Assembly (NCBI GenBank): GCA_003213115.1
Contig: QCNU01000002.1
Span: forward strand, 17,017 to 81,016
Origin: Pelagibacteraceae bacterium AG-426-L23
GTDB lineage: Bacteria > Pseudomonadota > Alphaproteobacteria > Pelagibacterales > Pelagibacteraceae
Direction: 5' to 3'
DNA: 64,000 nucleotides
Positions 22,393 to 32,862 of the stretch are shown piece by piece. The notes below the pieces were generated by a model. It was not told the origin of the DNA and did not search any database. It worked only from the letters and a program-made list of their open reading frames with translations. The translations under genes were made by a program, and so were the position numbers. The stretch's first letter is position 1, and each line of letters begins with the position of its first letter.

Positions 22393-22991
22393 TAAAGATT
22401 TTGAGCCATTACCATAGACAGCAACATTGGTAATGATAACAATGTATTAATTCTTGAAGTTATCATTGCTGTTTTAGCTGATTTAGCTTTTACATCAGGT
22501 GAAACTTCAATTATACCTAACGCCCTCTTTTGATTTGGCCATATAATAAACCATACATTGTATGCCATAATTAACCCGAGCCACATTCCAATACCTATAG
22601 CTGTATATTTGCCATAACCACTTCCAATTCCTAAAGTCATTGCTTGATGAACGTATCCGTTTAAATATGCAACTATTAAACCTGTTACTATTGTACCAAA
22701 TGCTGCCCATCTAAACCAAAAAAGCACAGCTGGAGCAATTACTTTACCTATTGCAGGCTTTTGTTCATCAGGTATTTTCGGCATGCTAGGTATTTGAACA
22801 AAGTTTAAATACCATAATAATCCAATCCACATTATACCAGTGAGAACATGAAAATATCTGAAGAGCCAGCTCCAAAAAACTCTATCAAATGCCCAATCAC
22901 CACCTCCAAAAAATAAACCAACAAATAGCAAAACTGCTAAAATTGCTGACAGGTGCATTGTTCGAGAAAGTGATTGCAGTAAATTAATCAT
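22389..22991 (-). CDS. Membrane protein of the Urate_ox_N / PuuD-like family
   Basis: RYFHVLTGIMWIGLLWYLNF, NVWFIIWPNQK, SRINT motifs; no CxxCH. Confidence 0.75.
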   Translation of the reverse strand: MINLLQSLSRTMHLSAILAVLLFVGLFFGGGDWAFDRVFWSWLFRYFHVLTGIMWIGLLWYLNFVQIPSMPKIPDEQKPAIGKVIAPAVLFWFRWAAFGTIVTGLIVAYLNGYVHQAMTLGIGSGYGKYTAIGIGMWLGLIMAYNVWFIIWPNQKRALGIIEVSPDVKAKSAKTAMITSRINTLLSLPMLLSMVMAQNLY

Positions 22992-22996
22992 GATTC

Positions 22997-23005
22997 ATTA
23001 TAACA
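22997..23005 (-). promoter_or_regulatory. Extended -10 promoter (TGnTATAAT) 5 nt upstream of the PuuD-like ATG
   Basis: Minus strand reads TGTTATAAT-gaatc-ATG. Confidence 0.5.
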
Positions 23006-23020
23006 TATTTAAAATAATTC

Positions 23021-25912
23021 TTATGCAGTTTTTTTCATATTTAAACCACTCATAAGGTCTTTTATAAATTTGCCAGTGTAACTCTCCTTATTTTCCGCTA
23101 CTTTTTCAGGTGAACCTTCAGCTATTATTTTTCCACCTTCAATTCCACCCTCAGGGCCCATATCAACTATCCAATCAGCAGTTTTTATAACATCTAAATT
23201 ATGTTCAATGACCACAACAGTATTGCCAGTGCTTACAAAAGCCTGAAGTATGTCTAAAAGTTTTTTTATATCATGAGAGTGCAAACCAGTAGTAGGTTCG
23301 TCCAGAATATATAAAGTTCTTCCAGTAGATCTTTTAGATAATTCTTTAGCTAATTTTATCCTTTGTGCTTCACCACCAGATAAAGTAGTAGCTTGTTGAC
23401 CAATTTTTATATACCCTAATCCTACATGTTTTAGGGTTATTAATTTAGATCTTATTGTTTGAATATTTTCAAAAAATTCACAACCTTCTTCTACTGTCAT
23501 ATCAAGCACTTCAGAAATGTTTTTATTTTTATATCTTATTTCAAGAGTTTCTCTATTATATCTACTGCCTTTACAATTATCACATGGGATAAATACATCG
23601 GGTAAAAAATGCATTTCATATGTTATTACTCCATCACCCTCACAGGTCTCACATCTTCCACCTTTGACGTTAAAAGAAAATCTGCCAGCTTTATAACCTC
23701 TTGCTTTAGATTCTGGTAAATTTGTAAACCAGTCTCTGATCGGGCCAAATGCACCAGTATATGTTGCAGGGTTTGATCTAGGTGTTCTTCCAATAGGCGA
23801 TTGATCAATGTCAATTATTTTATCTATTAATTCAGTTCCTTTAAATCCCTTAAACGCTTTTGGAATTTTTCTAGATTTATTTTTGTTAAGCAATAAATTA
23901 AGAGCATTGTATAGCGTCTGAAGAATTAATGTAGATTTGCCACTTCCAGATACGCCAGTTACACAAGTAAAAGTTCCTAATGGAATTTTTAAATTTACGT
24001 TTTTTAAATTATTCCCTGTTGCACCATTTATTTCTAAAAATCTACCATTTTTTGCAGTTCGTCTTTTTCTTGGTATTGAAATATACTTTTTTCCAGACAA
24101 ATAATTTCCAGTTATACTTTTATCTATATTAATAATATCTTTTTTTTGACCTTCAGCTATTATCTGTCCACCATTAAGACCAGCCTCAGGTCCTATATCA
24201 ATAATATGGTCGGCGCTTTCCATAGTCTCTATATCGTGTTCTACAACTATTACTGTATTACCTAAATCTCTAAGTTTTTTAAGAGCTGTAATCAATTTTT
24301 TGTTATCCCTTTGGTGCAAACCAATCGAAGGTTCATCCAAAACATACAAAACTCCAGTTAAGCCAGAACCAATTTGTGATGCTAATCTTATTCTTTGAGC
24401 TTCACCTCCCGATAGAGTGCCCGATTCTCTTGATAGTGTAAGATAATTTAATCCGACATTTAATAAAAAATTAAGTCTTTCATTAATTTCTTTGAGAATA
24501 TGTTGAGCAATCTTTTTTTCACGATCAGTTAAAACACTTTCAAGATTATTAAACCAAAGCTTTGCTTCCTCAATGGATTTTTTTGTAACCTGACTGATGT
24601 TTAAAGAATCTATTTTAATACAAAGTGCCTCATCTTTTAATCTTTGACCATTACATTTTTCACAACTAGACTCACTTTGATACTGAGAAATCTCCTCTCT
24701 TTTCCACTCACTGTCAGTTTCTAAATAGCGTCTTTCAAGATTATTAATAACACCCTCAAATGTTTTTTTTGTTGTATATTTTTCGTAACCATCATCATAA
24801 GAAAATTTAATCTCTTCTTCATCTGAGCCATATAAGATTACATCCTGTGTCTTTTTTGGTATTTTTTTCCAAGGTATATCTAAAGAAAACTTATAATGTT
24901 TGGAGAGAGAAGCTAGTGTTTGAATATAATACAGCGATGTAGATTTTGACCATGGTTCAATAGCTCCATCTTGTAGTGATTTTTTATTATCGGAAATTAC
25001 TAAGTTAGGATCAACATTTAAGTTACTTCCAATTCCCTCACATTCTTCACATGCTCCATATGGTGAATTGAATGAAAAAAGTCGTGGTTCAATTTCCTCT
25101 ATTGTAAAACCACTTTCTGGACACGAAAATTTTGATGAAAATAGTATTGAGTCTTTTTTTCTAAATTTTTTTGGAATAGTTTCATTTTCATATTCAATAA
25201 TTAATAACCCATTAGATAAGTTTAATGCCGTTTCTACACTATCAGCTAATCTATTACCAATTTTAGAGTCAATTATTAATCTGTCTACAATGATTGAAAT
25301 GTCATGTTTTACTTTTTTATTTAAATTTGGGAAATCATCAATATTATAATACTCTCCATCAACTTTAATTTTTTGAAAACCTCTTTTTTTGTAATTTAAA
25401 ATTTCTTTCTTATATTCGCCTTTTCTTCCTCTTACTATTGGAGATAATAAATATATGGTTGAGTTCTTTGGAAGCGTTTTAATCTTGTCAACCATATCAC
25501 TCACCGACTGGGATACTATAGGTTTACCAGTATAAGGGGAGTAGGGTATTCCAATTCTAGCAAACAAAACTCTCATATAGTCATATATTTCTGTAACAGT
25601 TGCCACAGTAGATCTTGGATTTTTAGATGTATTTTTTTGCTCTATTGAGATAGCTGGACTCAATCCCTCAATTAAATCTACTTTAGGTTTTTTCATTTTA
25701 TCTAAAAATTGACGAGCATATGCAGATAAACTTTCAACATATCTACGTTGCCCTTCAGCATATATTGTGTCAAATGCCAAAGATGATTTTCCTGACCCAG
25801 ATAACCCTGTTATAACAATTAATTTCTCTTTAGGAATTTCTAAAGAAATATTTTTTAAGTTATGCTCTTTAGCGCCTTTTATAACGATTTTTTTTGTTAA
25901 AATTTTATCCAT
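23021..25912 (-). CDS. uvrA: Excinuclease ABC subunit A
   Basis: Two ABC ATPase modules ([27 protein letters not shown] twice), zinc-finger CxxC pairs. Confidence 0.98.
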   Translation of the reverse strand: MDKILTKKIVIKGAKEHNLKNISLEIPKEKLIVITGLSGSGKSSLAFDTIYAEGQRRYVESLSAYARQFLDKMKKPKVDLIEGLSPAISIEQKNTSKNPRSTVATVTEIYDYMRVLFARIGIPYSPYTGKPIVSQSVSDMVDKIKTLPKNSTIYLLSPIVRGRKGEYKKEILNYKKRGFQKIKVDGEYYNIDDFPNLNKKVKHDISIIVDRLIIDSKIGNRLADSVETALNLSNGLLIIEYENETIPKKFRKKDSILFSSKFSCPESGFTIEEIEPRLFSFNSPYGACEECEGIGSNLNVDPNLVISDNKKSLQDGAIEPWSKSTSLYYIQTLASLSKHYKFSLDIPWKKIPKKTQDVILYGSDEEEIKFSYDDGYEKYTTKKTFEGVINNLERRYLETDSEWKREEISQYQSESSCEKCNGQRLKDEALCIKIDSLNISQVTKKSIEEAKLWFNNLESVLTDREKKIAQHILKEINERLNFLLNVGLNYLTLSRESGTLSGGEAQRIRLASQIGSGLTGVLYVLDEPSIGLHQRDNKKLITALKKLRDLGNTVIVVEHDIETMESADHIIDIGPEAGLNGGQIIAEGQKKDIINIDKSITGNYLSGKKYISIPRKRRTAKNGRFLEINGATGNNLKNVNLKIPLGTFTCVTGVSGSGKSTLILQTLYNALNLLLNKNKSRKIPKAFKGFKGTELIDKIIDIDQSPIGRTPRSNPATYTGAFGPIRDWFTNLPESKARGYKAGRFSFNVKGGRCETCEGDGVITYEMHFLPDVFIPCDNCKGSRYNRETLEIRYKNKNISEVLDMTVEEGCEFFENIQTIRSKLITLKHVGLGYIKIGQQATTLSGGEAQRIKLAKELSKRSTGRTLYILDEPTTGLHSHDIKKLLDILQAFVSTGNTVVVIEHNLDVIKTADWIVDMGPEGGIEGGKIIAEGSPEKVAENKESYTGKFIKDLMSGLNMKKTA

Positions 25913-26002
25913 AAAATAATTATGAGCTTATATTTACTTATCAAATATGATATAAATATATAAATAAATTAATTATAAATCACATATTAACTCTAAAATA
26001 TT

Positions 26003-26461
26003 ATGGCAGGAAGTTTAAATAAAGTATTATTAATAGGCAGATTAGGTGCAGACCCAGAAATCAAGCAAATGGTTAATGGGAAAAACGTCGCAAGGCTTAG
26101 TTTGGCAACGAGTCAATCTTGGAAAGATAAATCTACAGGCGAAAGAAAAGAAAAAACCGAATGGCATCGAGTTGTAATTTTTAATGAGGGTTTGGTAAAT
26201 ATAGTTCAACAATATCTCAAAAAAGGAGCGAATATCTATATCGAAGGACAACTTTCAACAAGAAAATGGAAAGATGAGGCATCTGGTCAGGATAAGTACT
26301 CAACAGAAATAGTTTTACAAGGTTATAATTCTAGTTTGACAATGCTTGATAGTCGAGGCAAAGGTGAAAATTCAAATTTAGTTAACGAAAATAAAAGTTC
26401 ATTACCCAAAGAAAATTTAAATCAAGATAATTCTGATTTAGACGATGAAATTCCATTTTAA
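26003..26461 (+). CDS. ssb: Single-stranded DNA-binding protein
   Basis: [20 protein letters not shown], acidic tail DDEIPF. Confidence 0.98.
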   Translation: MAGSLNKVLLIGRLGADPEIKQMVNGKNVARLSLATSQSWKDKSTGERKEKTEWHRVVIFNEGLVNIVQQYLKKGANIYIEGQLSTRKWKDEASGQDKYSTEIVLQGYNSSLTMLDSRGKGENSNLVNENKSSLPKENLNQDNSDLDDEIPF

Positions 26462-26466
26462 AAGCT

Positions 26467-29040
26467 ATGGAAAAAACCCCAATTCAAAATAAAAATTTAT
26501 TTAGTCCTATTCTTGTACAAGATGAAATGAGCTCATCTTACTTGTCTTACGCTATGAGCGTAATTGTTAGTAGGGCATTACCAGATGTTCGTGATGGGCT
26601 TAAACCTGTTCATAGAAGAATAATTTATGCAATGTATAAAGGCGGTTATGACTGGTCAAAACCTTTTAGAAAGTCTGCAAGAATTGTAGGAGATGTAATT
26701 GGTAAATATCACCCTCATGGAGATCAAGCAGTTTATGATGCATTAGTTAGATTAGTTCAGGATTTTTCTATGAGTTTACCGTTAATTTCTGGGCAAGGAA
26801 ATTTTGGTTCTATAGATGGTGACCCTCCTGCCGCTATGAGATATACAGAAACCAAACTAGCAAAAATTGCTCAACATTTAACTGAGGATTTAGAGAAAAA
26901 TACTGTTCTTTATAGAAATAATTACGATGAGACTGAGAAAGAACCTACTGTTTTACCCTCTCAATATCCAAATTTACTAGTTAATGGCGCTGGAGGAATA
27001 GCAGTAGGTATGGCAACGAGTATACCTCCGCACAATTTAAAAGAAATTATAAATGGCACAGTCGCTTTTATAAATAATAAAGATATTACTATTTCCCAAT
27101 TAATGAAACATATTCCAGGTCCAGATTTTCCAACTGGAGGTATAATTATAGGTAAGGATATTATCAAACAAGGTTACAATAAGGGTAGAGGATCATTTAA
27201 AATGAGAGGTATAATGGATGTTGAAGATCTTAAAAGCGGAAGATCATTATTAGTTATAAAGTCTATACCTTACCAAGTTAACAAATCAATCTTAAACGAA
27301 AAAATTGCCCAATTAGCTAGAGATAAAAAAATAGAAGGAATTAGAGATATCAGAGACGAGTCTAATAGAGAGGGAATTAGAGTTGTGCTTGAACTTAGAA
27401 GAGGTGTTGAACCTGAGACAATAAAGCGACAATTGTATAAACTTACAAGTATAGAAAGTTCTTTTGGCTTCAATACTTTAGCAATTGTAGATAACAAACC
27501 CAAAATACTTAATTTAAAAGAGTTTATTTCTGAATTTGTTAAATTTAGACACGAAACAACTACTAAAAGAATAAAGTTTGATTTAAAAAAAGCTGAGGAA
27601 AGGGCTCATATTTTAATTGGTATTGCAACTTCTGTTGAAAATATTGATAGCGTTATAAAAATTATCAAATCTTCAAAAGATACTTCTACAGCAAAAAAAA
27701 ATCTATTAGAAAAAAAGTGGAAAGTGAAAAAAAGTGTTAAACTGGTTTCTTTAATTGAAAAAAAGAAGAATGTTTCAAGCTATCAGTTATCAGAAGAACA
27801 AGTAGACTCGATATTAGAGTTAAGACTTCAAAAATTAACTGCCTTTGGGATTAACGAAATTGAAAACGAAATAAAAAAACTTTCTGGAATGATTATAGAA
27901 TTTAACAAACTGCTAAATTCAAAAAAAGAGCTTGATAAATTAATTATTTCAGAATTAGAAGGAATTAAATCTAAATATGGCGAAGACAGACGAACTCAAA
28001 TAATTGATGCAGTTTTAAATTATAATATAGAAGAAACAATTCAGAAAGAGTCAGTTGTTATTAATATAACTAAGCAAGGTTATATTAAAAGAAGTTCATT
28101 AACTTCTTTAAAAGCTCAAAAAAGAGGCGGGAAAGGCAAGACTGGTATTGTCACTAGAGACGAGGATTTTGTCATTCAAATATTTACTGCTAACACCCAC
28201 ACTCCTGTTTTATTCTTTTCAACTCAAGGATTAGTTTACAAAATTAAGGCTTATAAAATACCTGAAGGAACTGCCAGTTCAAAGGGTAAGTCTATTTTCA
28301 ATTTGTTACCTCTTAAAAGCCATCAAGAAATAAGCTCTATAATGCCTTTGCCTGAGAATGAGACAGAATGGAAAAAATTGATGGTAATATTTGTTACTGC
28401 AAACGGCAACGTTAGGAAAAATAGTCTTGAAGACTTTTCTAATATAAGTGCAAGTGGAAAAATTGCTATGAAATTGGAGCAAAATGATAAAATAGTAGGC
28501 GTAAAAATTTGTAGAGATGATCAGGATATTTTACTTAGTACTTTGCATGGAAAATGTATTAGATTTATGTCAAAAAAACTAAGATTATTCAAAGGCAGAT
28601 CATCTAAAGGCATAAGGGGAATTCAATTAAAGGATAATGATAAAGTAATTTCACTAGCTACTTTAGAAAGTCCTAAAATTGACCAAAAAACTATTAAAAA
28701 GGATGAAAAAATTAAAAAAGGTTTAAATAAGTTCATATTATCTGTTACTGAAAACGGTTATGGTAAAAGATCATCTTATTTAGATTATAGAGTAACTAAT
28801 AGAGGTGGAAAAGGTATAATAGGCATCGTTAATTCTCAAAGAAATGGAAATGTTGCATCTACTCTTGTAGTAGAAGAAGATGATGAAATTATTTTATCTA
28901 CCGACAAAGGAAGTATTATGCGCTGTGCAGTAAAAGAAATCAGAGTAGCAGGAAGAAATACTCAAGGTGTAAGAATTAAAAAACTTTCGGGTGAAGAAAA
29001 GGTTGTCTCTGTAATTAAAATAGACCATAATATTCAATAA
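26467..29040 (+). CDS. gyrA: DNA gyrase subunit A
   Basis: [23 protein letters not shown] catalytic Tyr, GyrA box QKRGGKG. Confidence 0.98.
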   Translation: MEKTPIQNKNLFSPILVQDEMSSSYLSYAMSVIVSRALPDVRDGLKPVHRRIIYAMYKGGYDWSKPFRKSARIVGDVIGKYHPHGDQAVYDALVRLVQDFSMSLPLISGQGNFGSIDGDPPAAMRYTETKLAKIAQHLTEDLEKNTVLYRNNYDETEKEPTVLPSQYPNLLVNGAGGIAVGMATSIPPHNLKEIINGTVAFINNKDITISQLMKHIPGPDFPTGGIIIGKDIIKQGYNKGRGSFKMRGIMDVEDLKSGRSLLVIKSIPYQVNKSILNEKIAQLARDKKIEGIRDIRDESNREGIRVVLELRRGVEPETIKRQLYKLTSIESSFGFNTLAIVDNKPKILNLKEFISEFVKFRHETTTKRIKFDLKKAEERAHILIGIATSVENIDSVIKIIKSSKDTSTAKKNLLEKKWKVKKSVKLVSLIEKKKNVSSYQLSEEQVDSILELRLQKLTAFGINEIENEIKKLSGMIIEFNKLLNSKKELDKLIISELEGIKSKYGEDRRTQIIDAVLNYNIEETIQKESVVINITKQGYIKRSSLTSLKAQKRGGKGKTGIVTRDEDFVIQIFTANTHTPVLFFSTQGLVYKIKAYKIPEGTASSKGKSIFNLLPLKSHQEISSIMPLPENETEWKKLMVIFVTANGNVRKNSLEDFSNISASGKIAMKLEQNDKIVGVKICRDDQDILLSTLHGKCIRFMSKKLRLFKGRSSKGIRGIQLKDNDKVISLATLESPKIDQKTIKKDEKIKKGLNKFILSVTENGYGKRSSYLDYRVTNRGGKGIIGIVNSQRNGNVASTLVVEEDDEIILSTDKGSIMRCAVKEIRVAGRNTQGVRIKKLSGEEKVVSVIKIDHNIQ

Positions 29041-29042
29041 TT

Positions 29043-29534
29043 ATGAGAACTGCAATTTACCCCGGGACTTTCGACCCGATAACTTTAGGTCATATAGATG
29101 TAATCAATAAATCTTTAAAGATAGTTGACAGATTAATAATAGCTATCACGGACAATGTTAATAAAGAATATTTTTTCTCTCTTGAAGAAAGAGTTTCTAT
29201 AGTAAATAAATCGTTATTCAGCGACTTAAGATTAAATAAAAAAAAAATTTTAATTAAATCATTCGATACTTTAACAATTGATCTCTGTAAAAAATATAAG
29301 GCCTCAATAATTATAAGAGGTTTGAGAGCAGTATCTGACTTTGAATATGAATTTCAATTAGCAGGAATGAATAAAAAATTAAATAATGATATAGAAACAA
29401 TTTTTTTAATGTCGAATATTGAAAATCAAATTATTTCTTCTAATTTTGTAAAAGAAATTGCAAAATTAAATGGGAATGTAAGTAAATTTTTAACTAAATC
29501 TGCTGTTAAAGTTCTTAAAGATAAGCTTAAATGA
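29043..29534 (+). CDS. coaD: Phosphopantetheine adenylyltransferase
   Basis: YPGTFDPITLGH, RGLRAVSDFEYE. Confidence 0.97.
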   Translation: MRTAIYPGTFDPITLGHIDVINKSLKIVDRLIIAITDNVNKEYFFSLEERVSIVNKSLFSDLRLNKKKILIKSFDTLTIDLCKKYKASIIIRGLRAVSDFEYEFQLAGMNKKLNNDIETIFLMSNIENQIISSNFVKEIAKLNGNVSKFLTKSAVKVLKDKLK

Positions 29535-30094
29535 AAAAAAAAATAATTTTTTTACTTTTAATTTTTTTTTATTTATTAAATAATAATTTATATACAAAGG
29601 AGGTTAAAATGATATTAAAACTTAAAGATGGCGATGTAGAAATTGAATTATTTTCAGATATTGCACCAAATCACGTAGAAAGAATAAAAACTTTGGCAGA
29701 TAGTGGCAAATATGATGGTGTAGTTTTTCACAGGGTGATAGATGGATTTATGGCTCAAACCGGAGATGTTCAGTTTGGTAATTCTAAAAATCCTAATTAC
29801 GATATTAATAGAGCGGGAACAGGTTCTTCTGAGCTAAGCGACTTAAAAGCAGAATTTAGCAACACTCCACATCTTAGAGGAACTTTATCAATGGCAAGGT
29901 CTTCAGATCCAAACAGTGGAAATAGTCAATTTTTTATATGTTTTGACGAAGCTCCTCACTTAGATAGACAATATTCTGTTTTTGGCAAAGTTATTAAAGG
30001 GATGGATTTAGTAGACAAAATTAAAAAAGGAGATGGACCAAACGGTTCCGTAGTAAACCCAGATAAGATTATTAGCTTTAGATCAAAAAAATAA
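29531..30094 (+). CDS. Cyclophilin-type peptidyl-prolyl isomerase (alternative start at 29609)
   Basis: FHRVIDGFMAQTGD, LSMAR, SQFFI, YSVFGKV. Confidence 0.95.
   Translation: MKKKIIFLLLIFFYLLNNNLYTKEVKMILKLKDGDVEIELFSDIAPNHVERIKTLADSGKYDGVVFHRVIDGFMAQTGDVQFGNSKNPNYDINRAGTGSSELSDLKAEFSNTPHLRGTLSMARSSDPNSGNSQFFICFDEAPHLDRQYSVFGKVIKGMDLVDKIKKGDGPNGSVVNPDKIISFRSKK
29597..29604 (+). promoter_or_regulatory. Internal Shine-Dalgarno AAGGAGGT ahead of in-frame ATG 29609
   Basis: AAGGAGGT-taaa-ATG inside the cyclophilin ORF. Confidence 0.7.
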
Positions 30095-30098
30095 ATAA

Positions 30099-31211
30099 AT
30101 GTTGAATAAAAATTTTTCTTTTGAGGTTATTTCTCAAAATAAAAAAGCTAGAGTGGGAAAAATAAATACACCTAGGGGACACATTGATACACCTACATTT
30201 ATGCCAGTTGGTACATTAGGTACTGTAAAAGGAATTTATACTGATGATATTTTAAAAACTGGTACCCAAATAATATTGGGAAATACTTATCATCTTTTAT
30301 TAAGACCCGGGATAAAAATAATTGAGAAATTTAGTGGAATACATAATTTGATGAATTGGCAAAAGCCAATATTAACTGACTCTGGAGGCTTTCAAATTAT
30401 GTCTTTAGCAAAATTTAATAAGATAGATAAAGATATAGGTGCAATTTTTTCTTCACATTTAGATGGAAAAAAAATCATCTTAAGTCCTGAAAAAAGTATC
30501 CAAATACAAAAGAGTATAAATTCAGATATTTTAATGGTTCTTGATGAATGCCCCGTATTAACCAGCGATAAAAAAAAAATTAGCAAGGCGATAGATGTCT
30601 CAACTAATTGGGCAAGGAGATGTAAAGTTGAATTTGGAAAAAATAAAAAAAAAGCCTTGTTTGGCATAGTTCAAGGCGGTTTGTTCAAAGACTTAAGGCA
30701 TGAAAGCCTTAATAGATTACTAGATATCAATTTTGATGGATATGCGATCGGTGGTTTAGCAGTTGGAGAAACTCAAGAACAAATGTTTAAAGTTTTGGAA
30801 AATACAGTTCATTTGCTTCCACAAAATAAGCCTAGGTATTTAATGGGTGTTGGAACACCTTCTGACATTTTAGGGGCAGTAAAAAATGGAATTGACATGT
30901 TTGATTGTGTATTACCTACTCGATCTGGTAGAACTGGTCTTGCATTTACTTGGGAAGGAAAATTAAATCTAAAAAATTCTAAATTTAAATTTGATAAAAC
31001 TCCTCTTGATAAGACGACAAAACTTAGAAATTTAAACCTTTATTCGAAAAGTTACCTAAATCATTTAATCAAAACTAATGAGATTCTTGCTTCTATGATT
31101 ATTTCTCTCCACAATGTTAACTTCTACCAACAATTCATGCGTCAAATAAGGAAAGAGATAAAAAACGGGTCTTTTAATAAATTTTATAACAAGTATATCA
31201 ATAAGTTTTAA
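30099..31211 (+). CDS. tgt: tRNA-guanine(34) transglycosylase
   Basis: TP.FMPVGT, NTYHL, TDSGGFQ, LDEC, GIVQGG, GGLAVGE, DMFDCV.PTR. Confidence 0.96.
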   Translation: MLNKNFSFEVISQNKKARVGKINTPRGHIDTPTFMPVGTLGTVKGIYTDDILKTGTQIILGNTYHLLLRPGIKIIEKFSGIHNLMNWQKPILTDSGGFQIMSLAKFNKIDKDIGAIFSSHLDGKKIILSPEKSIQIQKSINSDILMVLDECPVLTSDKKKISKAIDVSTNWARRCKVEFGKNKKKALFGIVQGGLFKDLRHESLNRLLDINFDGYAIGGLAVGETQEQMFKVLENTVHLLPQNKPRYLMGVGTPSDILGAVKNGIDMFDCVLPTRSGRTGLAFTWEGKLNLKNSKFKFDKTPLDKTTKLRNLNLYSKSYLNHLIKTNEILASMIISLHNVNFYQQFMRQIRKEIKNGSFNKFYNKYINKF

Positions 31212-31266
31212 TGTGCTAAAATATTGTTTGATATTTCTATTTTTTCTCTATAAAAGAATTTTTCTT

Positions 31267-31342
31267 GGGCCCTTAGCTCAGTTGGTAGAGCACCTCCCTT
31301 TTAAGGAGGGTGTCGATGGTTCGAGTCCATCAGGGCTCACCA
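31267..31342 (+). tRNA. tRNA-Lys(TTT)
   Basis: GGGCCCTTAGCTCAGTTGGTAGAGCA-CCTCC-CTTTTAA-GGAGG-...GGTTCGAGTCC...ACCA. Confidence 0.96.
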
Positions 31343-31349
31343 ATAAATA

Positions 31350-32186
31350 TTAAGTTTTTATTGGTGGATACTCAACAATTATTTCATTAACCCATCCCTT
31401 TAAATTTACTATTCTTTTTGCACTAGAGGGATGAGTACTTAAGAATTGTGGTGGTTCTTTTCCTTTATTAGCTAATTGCATTCTTTCCCATAGCTTTACA
31501 GACTCACGAATATCAAAACCAGATAAAGAAGAAAAAATTAAACCTAAATAATCAGCCTCAGTCTCTTGTTTTCTACCGAAAGGATTCATTATACCTAGTT
31601 GAAAAATATCAAAACCTGTCGATCTACCAACTGTATTTCTTGTTCTGTTTATAGCGCCACCTAAAAAAACATCAGCTATTTGAGTTCCTAAATTAATAGA
31701 AATCGCCTGGCTTTGTCTTTCAATAGAATGTTTTGCAACAGCATGAGCTATCTCATGACCCATCACCACAGCTAGCCCATCAGTATTTTTGGTTATTTTT
31801 AAAAGACCAGTATATACTGCTATCTTACCTCCAGGCATACACCAAGCATTTTTGACTTTATCATTATCAACTAATACATAATCCCATTCAAAATTTGATG
31901 TAGGATCAGGTTTATTTTGTGAATTAAAAAAAGAAGTTACAGAATTTTCTATTCGTTTTCCTATATCTCTTACTTCATTTAACTGTTTCCCTGAAGTTAT
32001 TAGCTTAGCCTTACTTTTAAATTGTTCGTAAGCATTTCTTGCTTGAGCATTTATTTTATATTCTGGGAAAATTGTTAATTGTTTTCTATCTGTAATAGGC
32101 ACAGTTGAACATGAAGTCAGTGCAAAACCGCAACAAGTACAACCAAATAATTCAAGAAATTTTCTTCTATTTATGTTATGTTTCAT
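31350..32186 (-). CDS. M48 family zinc metallopeptidase (lipoprotein)
   Basis: NAWCMPGG, GHEIAH, E.EAD..G, FLSTHP. Confidence 0.93.
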   Translation of the reverse strand: MKHNINRRKFLELFGCTCCGFALTSCSTVPITDRKQLTIFPEYKINAQARNAYEQFKSKAKLITSGKQLNEVRDIGKRIENSVTSFFNSQNKPDPTSNFEWDYVLVDNDKVKNAWCMPGGKIAVYTGLLKITKNTDGLAVVMGHEIAHAVAKHSIERQSQAISINLGTQIADVFLGGAINRTRNTVGRSTGFDIFQLGIMNPFGRKQETEADYLGLIFSSLSGFDIRESVKLWERMQLANKGKEPPQFLSTHPSSAKRIVNLKGWVNEIIVEYPPIKT

Positions 32187-32241
32187 ATATTCAAAGATTC
32201 ATGATACTAAATAATAAATTACTAATTGCAATTATAAATTA

Positions 32242-32856
32242 ATGCCAGGTAAAAAAGTAAAAAAATCACTAGTATCTAGACTAAGAAATTATTTCCTTAC
32301 AGGAGCAGTTGTTCTTGTTCCAATAGCTGTTACATTTTATTTAACTTTATTTATCATAAAAATCTCAGCCAATATCTTACCCAAAGAAATAAATCCTAAT
32401 AACTATTTACCTATTGATATACCGGGATTAGAAATTTTAATTTCTTTCATTATTATTACTTTCATAGGATGGCTATCTTTGTCTTTCTTGGGAAAAAAAA
32501 TCTTTGAACTCATAAATAATTTACTTAAACGTATACCAATACTAAGAACTATTTATTCAGCAATTGGTCAAATGACAGAGACCTTCACAGAAACTGATAA
32601 AAAAAAGAAAAGTGTTGTTCTAATTGAATATCCACGGAAAGGTATGTGGGCAGTAGGATTTGCCACAAAAGAAAATAAAAGCATTATAAGTAAAAAAACC
32701 AATGAGGAACTGATAAATGTTTTTGTACCAACTACTCCAAATCCAACTAGCGGATTTTTATTAATGATACCTAAAAAAGATGTTATTTATCTTGATATAA
32801 GTTTCGAACAAGCTTCAAAATTTATTGTATCTGCAGGAACATCTGAGCCAAACTAA
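32242..32856 (+). CDS. DUF502 family membrane protein
   Basis: RIP..R.IY, V.IEYPR.G, VFVPTTPNPTSGF. Confidence 0.9.
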   Translation: MPGKKVKKSLVSRLRNYFLTGAVVLVPIAVTFYLTLFIIKISANILPKEINPNNYLPIDIPGLEILISFIIITFIGWLSLSFLGKKIFELINNLLKRIPILRTIYSAIGQMTETFTETDKKKKSVVLIEYPRKGMWAVGFATKENKSIISKKTNEELINVFVPTTPNPTSGFLLMIPKKDVIYLDISFEQASKFIVSAGTSEPN

Positions 32857-32862
32857 TAAGTA

